Below are positions 27,841-38,114 of a DNA stretch of 64,000 nt, piece by piece. The notes beneath the pieces are model-generated. The model did no database searches and was not told the DNA's origin. It worked only from the letters and a program-made list of their open reading frames with translations. The stretch's first letter is position 1; every line of letters begins with the position of its first letter. The DNA comes from Bacteroidales bacterium UBA6248 (GTDB lineage Bacteria > Bacteroidota > Bacteroidia > Bacteroidales > Lentimicrobiaceae): contig DJVU01000081.1 in NCBI GenBank assembly GCA_002441345.1, forward strand, positions 11,886 to 75,885, given 5' to 3'. The translations under genes were made by a program, and so were the position numbers.

Positions 27841-30687
27841 TTATCTGGTTACTACAAACTTGGCGGTTTTCGAGTTGATTCCTTCCGTTACCCTGAGGAG
27901 GTAAGTTCCGGCTGGCAGCTCGGAAGCCTGAACAGTAAGAGCATGTTCGCCGCGGGTCAGTGTGCCGAAATCGATGGTATTTATACGGGTTCCGTTCAAT
28001 CCGTAAACCACGGCCGTTACTTTCGCAGCATTTTCGAGTTTCACGTTAAAGTTAACCTGGGTGGAAACGGGGTTGGGATATACCGACAACAGAGTACTTT
28101 CGGCTGAAGGTTTATGACCAGGACCATCGATTCCGACGTAGTTACGGTTTTCGAATACCCCGTTGCCGTGAGAGGCAATATAAATGGCGCCAAAGTTGCT
28201 GACGCCCGGAATATTCTCAATCCATGGGCGGTTAACGGTCTGCTGGCGAATCATCATTACCGGTATGGCTCCGAGGCCGTTGTTTTCGGGAGTCCAGGTC
28301 GTAGAAGAGCCTGCGGATTCCGTGGTGTAAATTCCAAAATCAGTTCCCAGAATGATCCGGTTTGAACTGTTCATCTCAACGATTGAGGAATATACCGGCA
28401 TAGCAGGCAGGTTTCCCTGAATGGAGGTAAAATCGGGGAACTGTGCCAGAGCATTGGTCGACCTGTAAACAAAATCGGTATTGCCATAGTTTCCGAGAGT
28501 AACTACGACATGGCTATCGTTGTTAGGGTCTATTGCTATGGAAGTTACATACCTTCCAGGGAATTCCTTAACTACAGTTGATGACAGAATGCAGGCAGAA
28601 CTGTTGACATCGGCACGTAATGAATCATAAGCCAGTGCCAGGTTGGCAATACGCAGCAGTTTACCGTCGGTGGTTCCTACAAAGAGGTAATTGGCATCTT
28701 TTGAAAAAGCCAGTGTTGATGGTACGCCGGCAAAATTAGCAATGCGGTCCCATGAAGGAAGCCTTGAAAAATCAAGTGCATTTCTCGACATGTAAACGCC
28801 ATTGGTAAGCCCGACAAAAAGAATGGATGAAACGGGATCCTGAACTCTTATCGTATCATTTTTATCAAGAGCAGAAGGCAGGGTGTAATGGAACGGGAAA
28901 TGATTGTTTTTGCTGGTGCAGGTAACGGTTTCGCCGGCATTGTAATGTCTGCCTGCTTTAAACGTAACGCTGTCACGTGAATAGGGATTGTTGAAGTTTT
29001 CCCACAAGCGGAAGGGTGAAATAAACACATTTCCGTTGTTATTAGTAATTTCAGAGCCATAGATGAATTCATTGGCAGGTGAAACACCAAGGTCGTTCGA
29101 CCTAACCAGATTACCGGCGGTGGATGAGTAGAAAATAGCTTCAGGGTTGATCATGGAAACTTCCACTGTTCCGCCAACGAATGTATTAAGGATTGTATTT
29201 GCAGTTTCAGTGGTGTTTCCGGTTTGATCCAGGAATACAACTCCGTTGCCCTGAGTCCCTCCGAGTAGTCTGCCTTTATCATCGGCAGCAACGGTATAGA
29301 ACATGGATGTCCGGTAATTCTTATTGATGGATTTGCTGGAAGCAAATGCATTTTCGGTTGAGTAGATTCCCACATCGGAACCGGCGTAGATATTCTGGGG
29401 ATTATCTGGATTTATGGTGAGGCAGTGAAAGTACCTTCCTGCTTCGCCCATGGTGCTTTGGTGCCATTGGTAAAAACCGGTTTCAAGGACTTTGGTTCCC
29501 TGCCAGACATTAACTCCACCCAGATAAATTACATCTGGATTATTGGGGCTTACAACGAGGGATGCTGCATAATCGCCATAATGAACGTTGTTTGCGGCAT
29601 TTCCGAAGACGTTAAAAATCGGGCTGAAGCCGGGGCCTACTATTTTCCAGGTTTCCCCTTTGTTTCTTGACACATAAACGCCGGCAAGCTGACCGGGGAA
29701 AGTAAGGGTTTGTGAACCGTCGGCAATCAGAACAGCATAAAGTGTTGAGGGCTGTGAGGGGGCAAAAGCCACTTCAATACGCAGGATGGCGTTTGAAGGC
29801 AGGCTGTCCTGTCCGGCACCCGTATTGCGCAGAACGAATCCGTCGAAAGCTCCGTTTGCTGAAACATAGAGTTTATCGCCAACAGTAGCGGCGATTGCAC
29901 CATCGGACGACATCTTAACATCCAGGGCAACGCCTGTAAGTTCCTGTCCGTTGGCTTTGGCGGGCTGCCATGTTTGACCGCCATCGGCCGAACATTTAAC
30001 TCCGCTGTTGGTAGCAGCTACCACTTTATTATTATCCCCGGCGGCAATTCGGTTTACAAACGACCAGGCGGCGTCCGGATCATTAAATGAACCGGGATCG
30101 GTAGAAGCAAGCTTTGTAAATGTATTGCCATCGGTTGATTTGTAAATCCCCTGTCCGATGAAACCGCTGTACATATTCAGGCGGCTGCTGTTGAAATTTT
30201 CACCGGTGCCGGCATAGATATCTCCGTTGGGAGCCTGAGCCAGACAGCTGATGTTGAGGATTACGCCTGAGGTCTGGATCTGATTCCAGGTAAGACCGGC
30301 GGTTGTTGATTTCCATAAACCACCCGAAACACTACCGGCAATTATCGTTCTGCGGGTATTGTCTTTATTGTCGACCAGGATAGCCCGGGTACGGCCGGCA
30401 ACATTATCGGGACCCTTGGGAGTCCAGTTCAGACCCAGCGCTCCGGCATCCCTTGTACCGGCAACCTGGTTTCTGGCTTTAATAACATCGGCGGGGTTAA
30501 GCTGGCCTGTAGCCTGATTGTTTCGGAGTTGAGAAAGGTAAGTCCAGCTAATTTCCGGCCCTCCGGCATTATCTCCGGGTACATTTTTACCAACGATCTG
30601 CATAAAGGTACCTGAAGTCGTCAGCAAAATGATCCCGGCCCCCAGAATCAATGCAAGAAAGCCAAAGTGTAAACTTCTATTTTTCAT
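27841..30687 (-). CDS. T9SS type A cargo protein, BNR/Asp-box beta-propeller
   Basis: GPDNVAGRTRA; Asp-box-like STTAGLTW, STDGNTF, SADGGQTW, SRNKGETW; CTD VYPNP...GTYLL...KFVV. Confidence 0.87.
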   Translation of the reverse strand: MKNRSLHFGFLALILGAGIILLTTSGTFMQIVGKNVPGDNAGGPEISWTYLSQLRNNQATGQLNPADVIKARNQVAGTRDAGALGLNWTPKGPDNVAGRTRAILVDNKDNTRRTIIAGSVSGGLWKSTTAGLTWNQIQTSGVILNISCLAQAPNGDIYAGTGENFNSSRLNMYSGFIGQGIYKSTDGNTFTKLASTDPGSFNDPDAAWSFVNRIAAGDNNKVVAATNSGVKCSADGGQTWQPAKANGQELTGVALDVKMSSDGAIAATVGDKLYVSANGAFDGFVLRNTGAGQDSLPSNAILRIEVAFAPSQPSTLYAVLIADGSQTLTFPGQLAGVYVSRNKGETWKIVGPGFSPIFNVFGNAANNVHYGDYAASLVVSPNNPDVIYLGGVNVWQGTKVLETGFYQWHQSTMGEAGRYFHCLTINPDNPQNIYAGSDVGIYSTENAFASSKSINKNYRTSMFYTVAADDKGRLLGGTQGNGVVFLDQTGNTTETANTILNTFVGGTVEVSMINPEAIFYSSTAGNLVRSNDLGVSPANEFIYGSEITNNNGNVFISPFRLWENFNNPYSRDSVTFKAGRHYNAGETVTCTSKNNHFPFHYTLPSALDKNDTIRVQDPVSSILFVGLTNGVYMSRNALDFSRLPSWDRIANFAGVPSTLAFSKDANYLFVGTTDGKLLRIANLALAYDSLRADVNSSACILSSTVVKEFPGRYVTSIAIDPNNDSHVVVTLGNYGNTDFVYRSTNALAQFPDFTSIQGNLPAMPVYSSIVEMNSSNRIILGTDFGIYTTESAGSSTTWTPENNGLGAIPVMMIRQQTVNRPWIENIPGVSNFGAIYIASHGNGVFENRNYVGIDGPGHKPSAESTLLSVYPNPVSTQVNFNVKLENAAKVTAVVYGLNGTRINTIDFGTLTRGEHALTVQASELPAGTYLLRVTEGINSKTAKFVVTR

Positions 30688-31053
30688 ATTCTTGTAGTTT
30701 ATGGATATTACGTTTTCAAGACAACGAAAAGAGCGGACCAATTTACGCCTTTTTTGGTGATACACAAGCTCGGGCACCGTTTTTCCATACAAAAATAGCG
30801 TAAAAATCGATTTCAGTTTAAACTCCTGCACTCATTTTCGTCAGAAATTAACCCCTTTCGGGCAGCAAATGTAGAAGAATTTGATTACTTAAAAAACAAT
30901 CCGCACGCCTCCCGCAAAAAATCATACATTTCACAAAAAAGCTGCAAGTATATAATGGCTGAAAACCAAAAAATTCAATAGGTTTGCCGGAGGATTTCAA
31001 CCGCATTTTTTTTGTGGTTTTACCCTTTCATCTATCTTTAAATCTTTCATATC

Positions 31054-32229
31054 ATGAACCAGAAGTCATTTTCGCTCCTTGCGGCACTCTTTTTCCTGTT
31101 CAGCGCCGTAAATGCACAGGACACCCTTGACCGGAAACCGGGATTCAAATTCACGGAAGTTAAAAACAACAAAGCCACTTCCGTAAAAAACCAGTACCGC
31201 TCAGGTACCTGCTGGAGCTTTGCCGCCGTTTCTTTCCTTGAGTCGGAATTAATCCGCCTGGGAGAAGGGGAAACCGATCTTTCGGAGATGTTTTTCGTGA
31301 ATCATGCTTACCGGCAGAAAGCGCAGCGTTACCTCAGACTCCATGGTTCCTCAAATTTCGGCCCCGGAGGTCAGGCCCATGATGTGCTCAACATCATCCG
31401 TACACACGGCTATGTTACCGAAACGCACTATCCCGGCCTGCTTCCAGGCGAAGAGAATCATGTGCATGGCGAACTGAATAACGCCCTGAAGGGATTTCTG
31501 GATGCCGTGAAAACGAATTCCGACGGAAAGCTCTCAAAAGCCTGGCCGCAGGCATTTGGAAGCATTCTGGATTCTTACATGGGACCACTGCCGTCGGCAA
31601 GTTCTGAAAAAACTGGTAAAAAAGGCCTCAATCCCGATGATTATATCGAAATTACCTCCTACACGCACCATCCGTTTTTCACACGCATCAACCTCGAAAT
31701 TCCGGACAACTGGTCTCAGGATCTTTACCTGAATGTTTCGCTCGACGATCTGATTGCTACCATGACCTATGCCCTGGAAAACGGATTTACCATCTGCTGG
31801 GACGGGGATGTCAGCGACAAGGGATTCTCGCATGCAAAAGGGGTGGCCATACTTCCGGAGTACCGTCCGGAATCCATGGAGGGTACCGAACGCGCCCGCT
31901 GGGAAAAAATGAGCGAGCGGGAACGCACTGCCGAACTATACAAGTTCGAAGGCCCCGCAGCCGAAAGGCAGATAACTCAGGAAATCCGGCAGGACGAATT
32001 CGACAACCTGAAGGCTACCGACGATCATCTGATGCATATAACCGGAATTGCAACCGATCAGGAAGGCAAACGCTATTTTATCACCAAAAATTCCTGGGGA
32101 GATAAGGGGAATCCTTACCAGGGATACCTTTATATGTCGGAACCCTACATAATGCTCAATACCGTAGCAATTACCCTGCATAAAGACGGCATCCCGGCAT
32201 CCTTGCGCCGGAAAGCCGGGATCAAATAG
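31054..32229 (+). CDS. C1-family cysteine aminopeptidase (PepC/bleomycin hydrolase-like), exported
   Basis: QYRSGTCWSF; DDHLMHITG; KNSWG; signal peptide. Confidence 0.92.
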   Translation: MNQKSFSLLAALFFLFSAVNAQDTLDRKPGFKFTEVKNNKATSVKNQYRSGTCWSFAAVSFLESELIRLGEGETDLSEMFFVNHAYRQKAQRYLRLHGSSNFGPGGQAHDVLNIIRTHGYVTETHYPGLLPGEENHVHGELNNALKGFLDAVKTNSDGKLSKAWPQAFGSILDSYMGPLPSASSEKTGKKGLNPDDYIEITSYTHHPFFTRINLEIPDNWSQDLYLNVSLDDLIATMTYALENGFTICWDGDVSDKGFSHAKGVAILPEYRPESMEGTERARWEKMSERERTAELYKFEGPAAERQITQEIRQDEFDNLKATDDHLMHITGIATDQEGKRYFITKNSWGDKGNPYQGYLYMSEPYIMLNTVAITLHKDGIPASLRRKAGIK

Positions 32230-32349
32230 CCGTCTTGCTTTGTTTTTCTGAGCCCCGGAAATCCCTTCCGCAGGCACTTATAAGCCTGAAACCCGCACCC
32301 TTTAACAATTTTTAACACCGGGACGGCCTGCATCGTGGGCTCGTAGTGA

Positions 32350-32357
32350 TAATTTTG
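32350..32357 (+). promoter_or_regulatory. Bacteroidota -7 promoter element of the moxR-bat operon
   Basis: TAATTTTG matches TAnnTTTG, 16 nt before the ATG. Confidence 0.6.
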
Positions 32358-32373
32358 CAAAAAACTATGAGCC

Positions 32374-33366
32374 ATGATTGAGACTGATATCAAGGAACTG
32401 AACGAACGCATCCGGAACGAAAGTGCATTCATCGATCTGATAGAGATGGAAATGCACAAGGTGATTGTCGGGCAGAAACATATGGTTGAACGGCTGCTGA
32501 TCGGATTACTGTCGAACGGCCACATTCTGCTGGAGGGAGTGCCCGGTCTGGCAAAAACTCTCGCCATAAAATCGCTGGCAAACATTATTGATGCCCGCTT
32601 CAGCCGAATACAGTTTACGCCCGACCTTCTGCCGGCCGACCTTATCGGTACGCTGATCTATAGTCAGAAACAGGAGGAATTCCAGGTAAGAAAGGGACCC
32701 ATTTTTGCAAACTTTATCCTGGCCGACGAAATCAACCGCTCACCGGCAAAAGTACAGAGCGCACTGCTCGAAGCCATGCAGGAGCGACAGGTAACCATCG
32801 GAGAACACTCCTATCCGCTTGCCGAACCATTTCTTGTACTTGCCACCCAGAATCCGATTGAGCAGGAAGGCACCTATCCTCTTCCCGAGGCTCAGGTAGA
32901 CCGGTTTATGCTCAAAGTTATCATCGGATATCCTACCCGGGAGGAAGAAAAGCTGATTATGCGGCAAAACATGTCGGGCAGCTATCCGGAAACCAGTACC
33001 ATCATATCTCCCGAACAGATTCTGAAAGCCCGTAACCTTACCCGGGAGGTATATCTCGACGAGAAAATTGAAAACTACATCACCGATATAGTGTTCTCAA
33101 CCCGCTTTCCTGCTGAGAATAAACTTAAAAAGTTTGAAGGTCTGATTTCATACGGTGCATCGCCTCGGGCAAGCATCAACCTGGCGCTGGCTTCCAAAGC
33201 TTACGCCTTTATAAAGCGCCGCGGTTATGTGATTCCCGAAGATGTAAGAGCCGTTGCTCACGACGTGCTGAGGCACCGGATTGGCCTGACTTACGAAGCC
33301 GAAGCTGAAAACATCAGCACCAGCGATATTATCAACGAAATCCTCAACACCGTTGAGGTTCCCTAA
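32374..33366 (+). CDS. moxR: MoxR-family AAA+ ATPase
   Basis: EGVPGLAKT; RIQFTPDLLPAD; ADEINR; ATQNPIEQEGTYPLPEAQVDRF. Confidence 0.96.
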   Translation: MIETDIKELNERIRNESAFIDLIEMEMHKVIVGQKHMVERLLIGLLSNGHILLEGVPGLAKTLAIKSLANIIDARFSRIQFTPDLLPADLIGTLIYSQKQEEFQVRKGPIFANFILADEINRSPAKVQSALLEAMQERQVTIGEHSYPLAEPFLVLATQNPIEQEGTYPLPEAQVDRFMLKVIIGYPTREEEKLIMRQNMSGSYPETSTIISPEQILKARNLTREVYLDEKIENYITDIVFSTRFPAENKLKKFEGLISYGASPRASINLALASKAYAFIKRRGYVIPEDVRAVAHDVLRHRIGLTYEAEAENISTSDIINEILNTVEVP

Positions 33367-33401
33367 ACCGAAATCTTCACAAACTCTTATATCCTCCAAG
33401 G

Positions 33402-34277
33402 ATGGAAACCAGTGATATCCTGAAAAAGGTACGCAAAATTGAGATCAAATCCAGGGGTCTGTCAAACCAGATCTTCTCGGGACAATATCACAGTGCCTTC
33501 AAGGGAAGGGGTATGGCCTTCAGCGAAGTCAGGGAATACCAGTACGGCGACGACATCCGGAATATCGACTGGAACGTGACTGCACGGTTTAACCACCCGT
33601 ACATCAAAGTTTTTGATGAGGAACGCGAACTTACCGTTACCCTTCTCATCGATGTGAGCGGATCCAACGAATTTGGAAGCAGGCAATGGCTGAAAGAGGA
33701 GATGATGACGGAAATTGCTGCCGTACTTGCCTTCTCAGCTTTGCAAAACAACGATAAAGTGGGGGTGATTTTTTTCAGCGACCGCATCGAAAAATTCATC
33801 CCACCCAAGAAAGGCCTGACGCACAACCTGCGCATAATCAGGGAGCTGATCGACTTTAAACCTGTAAGTCAGAAAACAAACATCGCCGAAGCACTGCGTT
33901 TTCTTACCAATGCTATGAAAAAACGGTGTACTGCTTTTCTGATTTCCGACTTTATGGATCAGGGATTTGAGGATGCCCTGAAAATCGCAGGACGCAAACA
34001 CGACCTGGCAGCTATTCATATCATGGACGAGCGCGATTACTCGCTGCCAAATCTGGGTCTGGCAAGAGTGTATTCCAAAGAAGCCGGAAAGGCCATTTGG
34101 GTCGATACCGCCAGCCGGACCGTACGCAATGCATATGCGGCGGAAGGGGTAAAACGTCTTCAGCAACTGGAACAGGCATTCCGCCGCAGCGGAGTGGATG
34201 TTGCACGTATGCGGACCGGTCAGGATTACGTTAAACCGCTTATTAACCTGTTCAAAGCCAGGGAATCGAGAAGATAA
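33402..34277 (+). CDS. DUF58-domain protein
   Basis: GRGMAFSEVREYQYGDDIRNIDWNVTAR; DVSGS; ISDF. Confidence 0.93.
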   Translation: METSDILKKVRKIEIKSRGLSNQIFSGQYHSAFKGRGMAFSEVREYQYGDDIRNIDWNVTARFNHPYIKVFDEERELTVTLLIDVSGSNEFGSRQWLKEEMMTEIAAVLAFSALQNNDKVGVIFFSDRIEKFIPPKKGLTHNLRIIRELIDFKPVSQKTNIAEALRFLTNAMKKRCTAFLISDFMDQGFEDALKIAGRKHDLAAIHIMDERDYSLPNLGLARVYSKEAGKAIWVDTASRTVRNAYAAEGVKRLQQLEQAFRRSGVDVARMRTGQDYVKPLINLFKARESRR

Positions 34278-34294
34278 ACGCGTATTGATACAGG

Positions 34295-35308
34295 ATGAAA
34301 AATAAGGTAAAACATACTCGTTTACGAATATCAGTCAGAGCTGCAGTCATCGCCCTCTGTTTACTGATGGCACCTTCCGTAATTGTTGCCCAGAAAGCAA
34401 CACCCGACACCAGCCGGTTTTTGATCGGACAACAGATAAAACTGACACTTGAACTGGAGGTAAACAGAGGCGACAGGGTAAACTGGCCAAGCCTGAATGA
34501 CACCCTGACAAAAAGCCTGGAGATAATCTCAAAAGGCCCGGTAGATACGCTCACGACTCCGGATAACCGGATCAGACTCACCCAGGAACTTATTATTACC
34601 TCTTTCGACACAGGGTTTCAGGTAATTCCGCCAATTCCTTTCGGTGTGAGCTCTTCGGGAAACGGCAAAACTACCGGGCTGCTCTCTCCTGCCGGACTGC
34701 TGGAAGTTCTGAACGTTGAGGTTGATATGTCAGGAGACATAAAAGATCTGAAGCCGGTGATGAAAGCGCCTTACACCCTCAGGGATTTTATGCCTTACCT
34801 TCTGCTGCTGCTGGGACTGCTGCTGCTTGGACTGCTGATCTGGTTTTACATCCGTAACCACAAGCAGAACAAACCTTTGATAAAATTACCTTCAAAACCT
34901 CAGCCTCCCCCGCATCAGATTGCCATGGCGGATCTGGAAGAACTCAAGCGCGAACAATTGTGGCAAAAAGGGCAGGTTAAGGAATATCATTCCCGGTTAA
35001 CGGATATTCTCCGTACCTATTTTGAAGCCCGCTTCGGGGTGGATGCACGGGAAATGACTTCGGATGAAATTGCCGATGCCATGAAAGACCACCTGTCCGA
35101 TATGGAACGGATGGCCGATCTGAAAACGATATTATCGATGGCGGATATGGCAAAATTTGCCAAAGCACGCCCCATGGGAGCCGATAATGAACTTAGCATG
35201 ACGCTGGCTGTATCGATTGTAAGCAGCACCATCCCTGCACCGGTGCGCAAAGAAAGTCCTGCCGCCGGATCTTCCGGCAGCGAAAACGATTCGAACGAAA
35301 ACCGCTGA
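34295..35308 (+). CDS. Bat-operon membrane protein (BatD-like N-terminus, one TM helix)
   Basis: ITSFDTG; IKDLK; TM; LRTYFE...EMTSDE; ADMAKFAK; position between DUF58 and batA. Confidence 0.8.
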   Translation: MKNKVKHTRLRISVRAAVIALCLLMAPSVIVAQKATPDTSRFLIGQQIKLTLELEVNRGDRVNWPSLNDTLTKSLEIISKGPVDTLTTPDNRIRLTQELIITSFDTGFQVIPPIPFGVSSSGNGKTTGLLSPAGLLEVLNVEVDMSGDIKDLKPVMKAPYTLRDFMPYLLLLLGLLLLGLLIWFYIRNHKQNKPLIKLPSKPQPPPHQIAMADLEELKREQLWQKGQVKEYHSRLTDILRTYFEARFGVDAREMTSDEIADAMKDHLSDMERMADLKTILSMADMAKFAKARPMGADNELSMTLAVSIVSSTIPAPVRKESPAAGSSGSENDSNENR

Positions 35309-35313
35309 AAACC

Positions 35314-36309
35314 ATGTTTGAGCACCTGAAATTAGCGAATCCCGAAGCCTTGTACCTGCTGCTGCTGCTACCGGCAGCCATTGCCTGGTACTGGTTTCGC
35401 GGTGCCGATACCAGAGCCAGGCTGCAGGTAAGCGGCATTGAAGCGTTTAAAGCCGGCAGAAAGACATTACGCATCCGCCTGCGCCACAGCCAGTTTATAC
35501 TGAAAATCCTTGCTTTCTCTTTGCTGGTTATCGCACTTGCACGACCACAGTCGAGCAGCTCAAAACAAAACGTCAGCGTTGAAGGCATCGATATCGTACT
35601 GGCGATGGACATCTCGGGAAGTATGCTTGCGGAAGATTTTAAGCCCAACCGGCTGGCCGTTGCCAAAGATGTTGCAGCAGAATTTATCAGGGGGCGTATC
35701 AGCGACCGTATCGGACTGGTAGTATTCAGCGGTGAAAGCTTTACTCAGTGCCCGCTCACAACCGATCACGGCATACTGCTGAACCTTCTTGATGAGATAA
35801 AAAGCGGGATGATAGAAGACGGAACGGCCATAGGCGATGGACTTGCAACCGCGGTAAGCCGGCTCAAGGAAAGCGAAGCCGTAAGCAAGGTTATCATTCT
35901 GCTTACCGACGGAGAAAACAACCGCGGATTCATCGACCCGGTTTCTGCTGCTGAAATTGCCAGGGTATTCGGATTACGGGTTTATACCATAGGGGTAGGA
36001 ACCATCGGCATGGCGCCGTATCCGGTACAAACTCCCTTCGGGATGCAGTACCAGCAGATGGAGGTAAGGATTGACGAGCCTCTTATGCAACAGATTGCCG
36101 AAATGACCAATGGGAAATATTTCCGGGCTACTAACGCCGGGAAGCTCAGAGATATTTACCGGGAGATCGACCAGCTCGAAAAATCGAAGGTGGATGTTAC
36201 CGAATTCCGGAAGAAAAAGGAGGAATTCCTGCCGTTTGTGCTTGCAGCTCTTCTATTACTTCTTGCCGATTTCATTCTGGGTATAAGCGTTTTCAGGAAA
36301 TTTCCCTGA
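35314..36309 (+). CDS. batA: Aerotolerance protein BatA (VWA domain)
   Basis: LARPQ; MIDAS DISGS; PLTTDH; GTAIGDG; LLTDGENN. Confidence 0.93.
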   Translation: MFEHLKLANPEALYLLLLLPAAIAWYWFRGADTRARLQVSGIEAFKAGRKTLRIRLRHSQFILKILAFSLLVIALARPQSSSSKQNVSVEGIDIVLAMDISGSMLAEDFKPNRLAVAKDVAAEFIRGRISDRIGLVVFSGESFTQCPLTTDHGILLNLLDEIKSGMIEDGTAIGDGLATAVSRLKESEAVSKVIILLTDGENNRGFIDPVSAAEIARVFGLRVYTIGVGTIGMAPYPVQTPFGMQYQQMEVRIDEPLMQQIAEMTNGKYFRATNAGKLRDIYREIDQLEKSKVDVTEFRKKKEEFLPFVLAALLLLLADFILGISVFRKFP

Positions 36310-36338
36310 TGGAGTTAAATTAACAAACCGTATTCATC

Positions 36339-37385
36339 ATGTTTAGATTTGAACATCCGGAATACCTCAACCTGTTTATCCTGCTGCCTGTGCTGCTTGC
36401 CGGGTATCTTCTTTACCTGCGCTGGAAAAAGCAGTCGGCTGTGAGATACGGCGATCCGGCGGTTATCCGGAGGCTTATGCCGGATGTGTCGGGGATCCGG
36501 TCGCATATACGTTTCAGTTTGTTGCTTTTAACGATTGCTTCCGTTATACTGACTCTGGCAAATCCGCAAATAGGCTCGCGTATTGAAAAAGTTCAGCGCA
36601 GGGGCGTTGACCTGGTAATTGCTCTCGATGTTTCGAACAGCATGCTGGCACAGGACATTCAGCCGAATCGAATCGAGCGTGCAAAACAATCCATATCCAG
36701 GCTCATCGACGAGCTGGAAAATGATCGTATCGGGCTCATCGTCTTTGCCGGGAAAGCGTACAATCAGCTGCCCATCACCACCGACTACGGAGCAGCCAAG
36801 CTTATGCTTTCAACGGTAAAACCCGACCTTGTACCGGTTCAGGGAACAGCCATAGGTCAGGCAATAGAAATGGCTATGGCATCGTTTAAGAGTGAGGAAT
36901 CGGGCAAAGCCATCATTATCATCACCGACGGGGAGAATCATGAAGACGATGCCGTAGGCCGGGCAAAGGAAGCCGCAGCAGCCGGCATACGGGTGTATAC
37001 CATAGGAATGGGGCTCGCCGATGGCGCACCGATACCAGTTTATCGCGACAATCAGCAGGTGGGATTCAAGAAAGACCGCAGCGGCAGCACCGTTATCACA
37101 CGTCTGGATGAAGCAATGCTGCAGCAGATTGCGGAAGCCGGCAACGGTATTTACGTACGTGCAAACAATACCCAGGCCGGACTCAGAAAGGTCTTTGAGG
37201 AGATCAGCAGACTGGAACAGAACACGTACGATACGATGAGCTACTCGGAATACGACGACCGTTTTCAGTACTTTGCGGGTCTGGCAATCTTTTTGATGGT
37301 CCTCAACTTCATGCTCAACGAACGCAAAAGCCGCTGGGCAGGAAAATTTCAGCTTTTTAAACCGGAACAAACTCTCAGGCGATGA
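36339..37385 (+). CDS. batB: Aerotolerance protein BatB (VWA domain)
   Basis: LANPQIG; DVSNSM; PITTDY; ITDGENHE. Confidence 0.92.
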   Translation: MFRFEHPEYLNLFILLPVLLAGYLLYLRWKKQSAVRYGDPAVIRRLMPDVSGIRSHIRFSLLLLTIASVILTLANPQIGSRIEKVQRRGVDLVIALDVSNSMLAQDIQPNRIERAKQSISRLIDELENDRIGLIVFAGKAYNQLPITTDYGAAKLMLSTVKPDLVPVQGTAIGQAIEMAMASFKSEESGKAIIIITDGENHEDDAVGRAKEAAAAGIRVYTIGMGLADGAPIPVYRDNQQVGFKKDRSGSTVITRLDEAMLQQIAEAGNGIYVRANNTQAGLRKVFEEISRLEQNTYDTMSYSEYDDRFQYFAGLAIFLMVLNFMLNERKSRWAGKFQLFKPEQTLRR

Positions 37386-38068
37386 AAAACCATTTAATTT
37401 TATCTTTGCTGCTGTTGTTCTGGATTCCTTCTGTTGCCCAGAAAGAAAATTCATTCATCCGGCAGGGAAACCGGCAATATAACGACGGCAAATTCAAGGA
37501 AGCGGAAATTGATTACCGCAAAGCGCTGGAACGCAAGCCCACTTCAGCAATGGGCGCCTTTAACCTCGGAAATGCTCTTTACCGTCAGGAGAACTATGAA
37601 GATGCGGAGCGCAATTTTATGAACGCTGCCGGACAGATCAAAGCCACAGATCCTTCAGCGCGTGCAGGTGCTTTCCATAACCTGGGGAATGCGTACCTTA
37701 AAGCCGAAAAATATAATGAGAGCATTCAGGCGTTCAGGCAGGCATTGCGGCTGAACCCCTCGGACGACGAAACGCGATACAATCTTGCCTATGCGATGCG
37801 CAAGCTGAGCGAACAGCAGCAACAGCAACAGCAGAAGGGCGATAACGATCGCAAGGACGACAATAAAGATCAGAAAGATCAGCAAAACAGCAACGAGAAT
37901 CAGGATCGTCAGGATCAGCAGCAACAGCAGCAGCAAAAGCCGCAGATCTCAAAACAGGATGCCGAACGAATGCTGCAGGCATTGAAAAACGACGAACAGA
38001 AGACGCTGGATAAGGTCAACCGGCAAAAGGCAAAAGCAGGTCCGGTGCAGGTTGAAAAAGACTGGTAG
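37382..38068 (+). CDS. batC: Aerotolerance protein BatC (TPR repeats, Q-rich linker)
   Basis: FNLGNALY, HNLGNAY, RYNLAYA; polyQ; C-terminal EKDW. Confidence 0.9.
   Translation: MKNHLILSLLLLFWIPSVAQKENSFIRQGNRQYNDGKFKEAEIDYRKALERKPTSAMGAFNLGNALYRQENYEDAERNFMNAAGQIKATDPSARAGAFHNLGNAYLKAEKYNESIQAFRQALRLNPSDDETRYNLAYAMRKLSEQQQQQQQKGDNDRKDDNKDQKDQQNSNENQDRQDQQQQQQQKPQISKQDAERMLQALKNDEQKTLDKVNRQKAKAGPVQVEKDW
37810..37936 (+). repeat. Low-complexity CAG/CAA tracts encoding the Q/D/N-rich linker of BatC
   Basis: Two polyQ runs with interspersed GAT/CAG codons. Confidence 0.7.
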
Positions 38069-38114
38069 ACTGGCAGTATAATTATTTTGATAACACAATG
38101 CGACAGAAAGGCCA

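Noticed and set aside
30688-30831. N-terminal extension from the GTG start in the ORF track (likewise upstream starts for thyA, folA, FKBP, M23, TonB and FadL)
   Set aside because: Downstream ATGs give proper signal peptides or family-typical N-termini, and several extensions overlap promoter elements
36810-37454. 214-aa antisense ORF, and similar long ones such as 56598-57143, 58689-59213, 60289-60837 and 19113-19655
   Set aside because: They lie opposite well-supported genes and carry no recognisable motifs; shadow ORFs
37810-37936. CAG/CAA repeats as a contingency locus
   Set aside because: In-frame, imperfect, and a normal Q-rich linker for BatC
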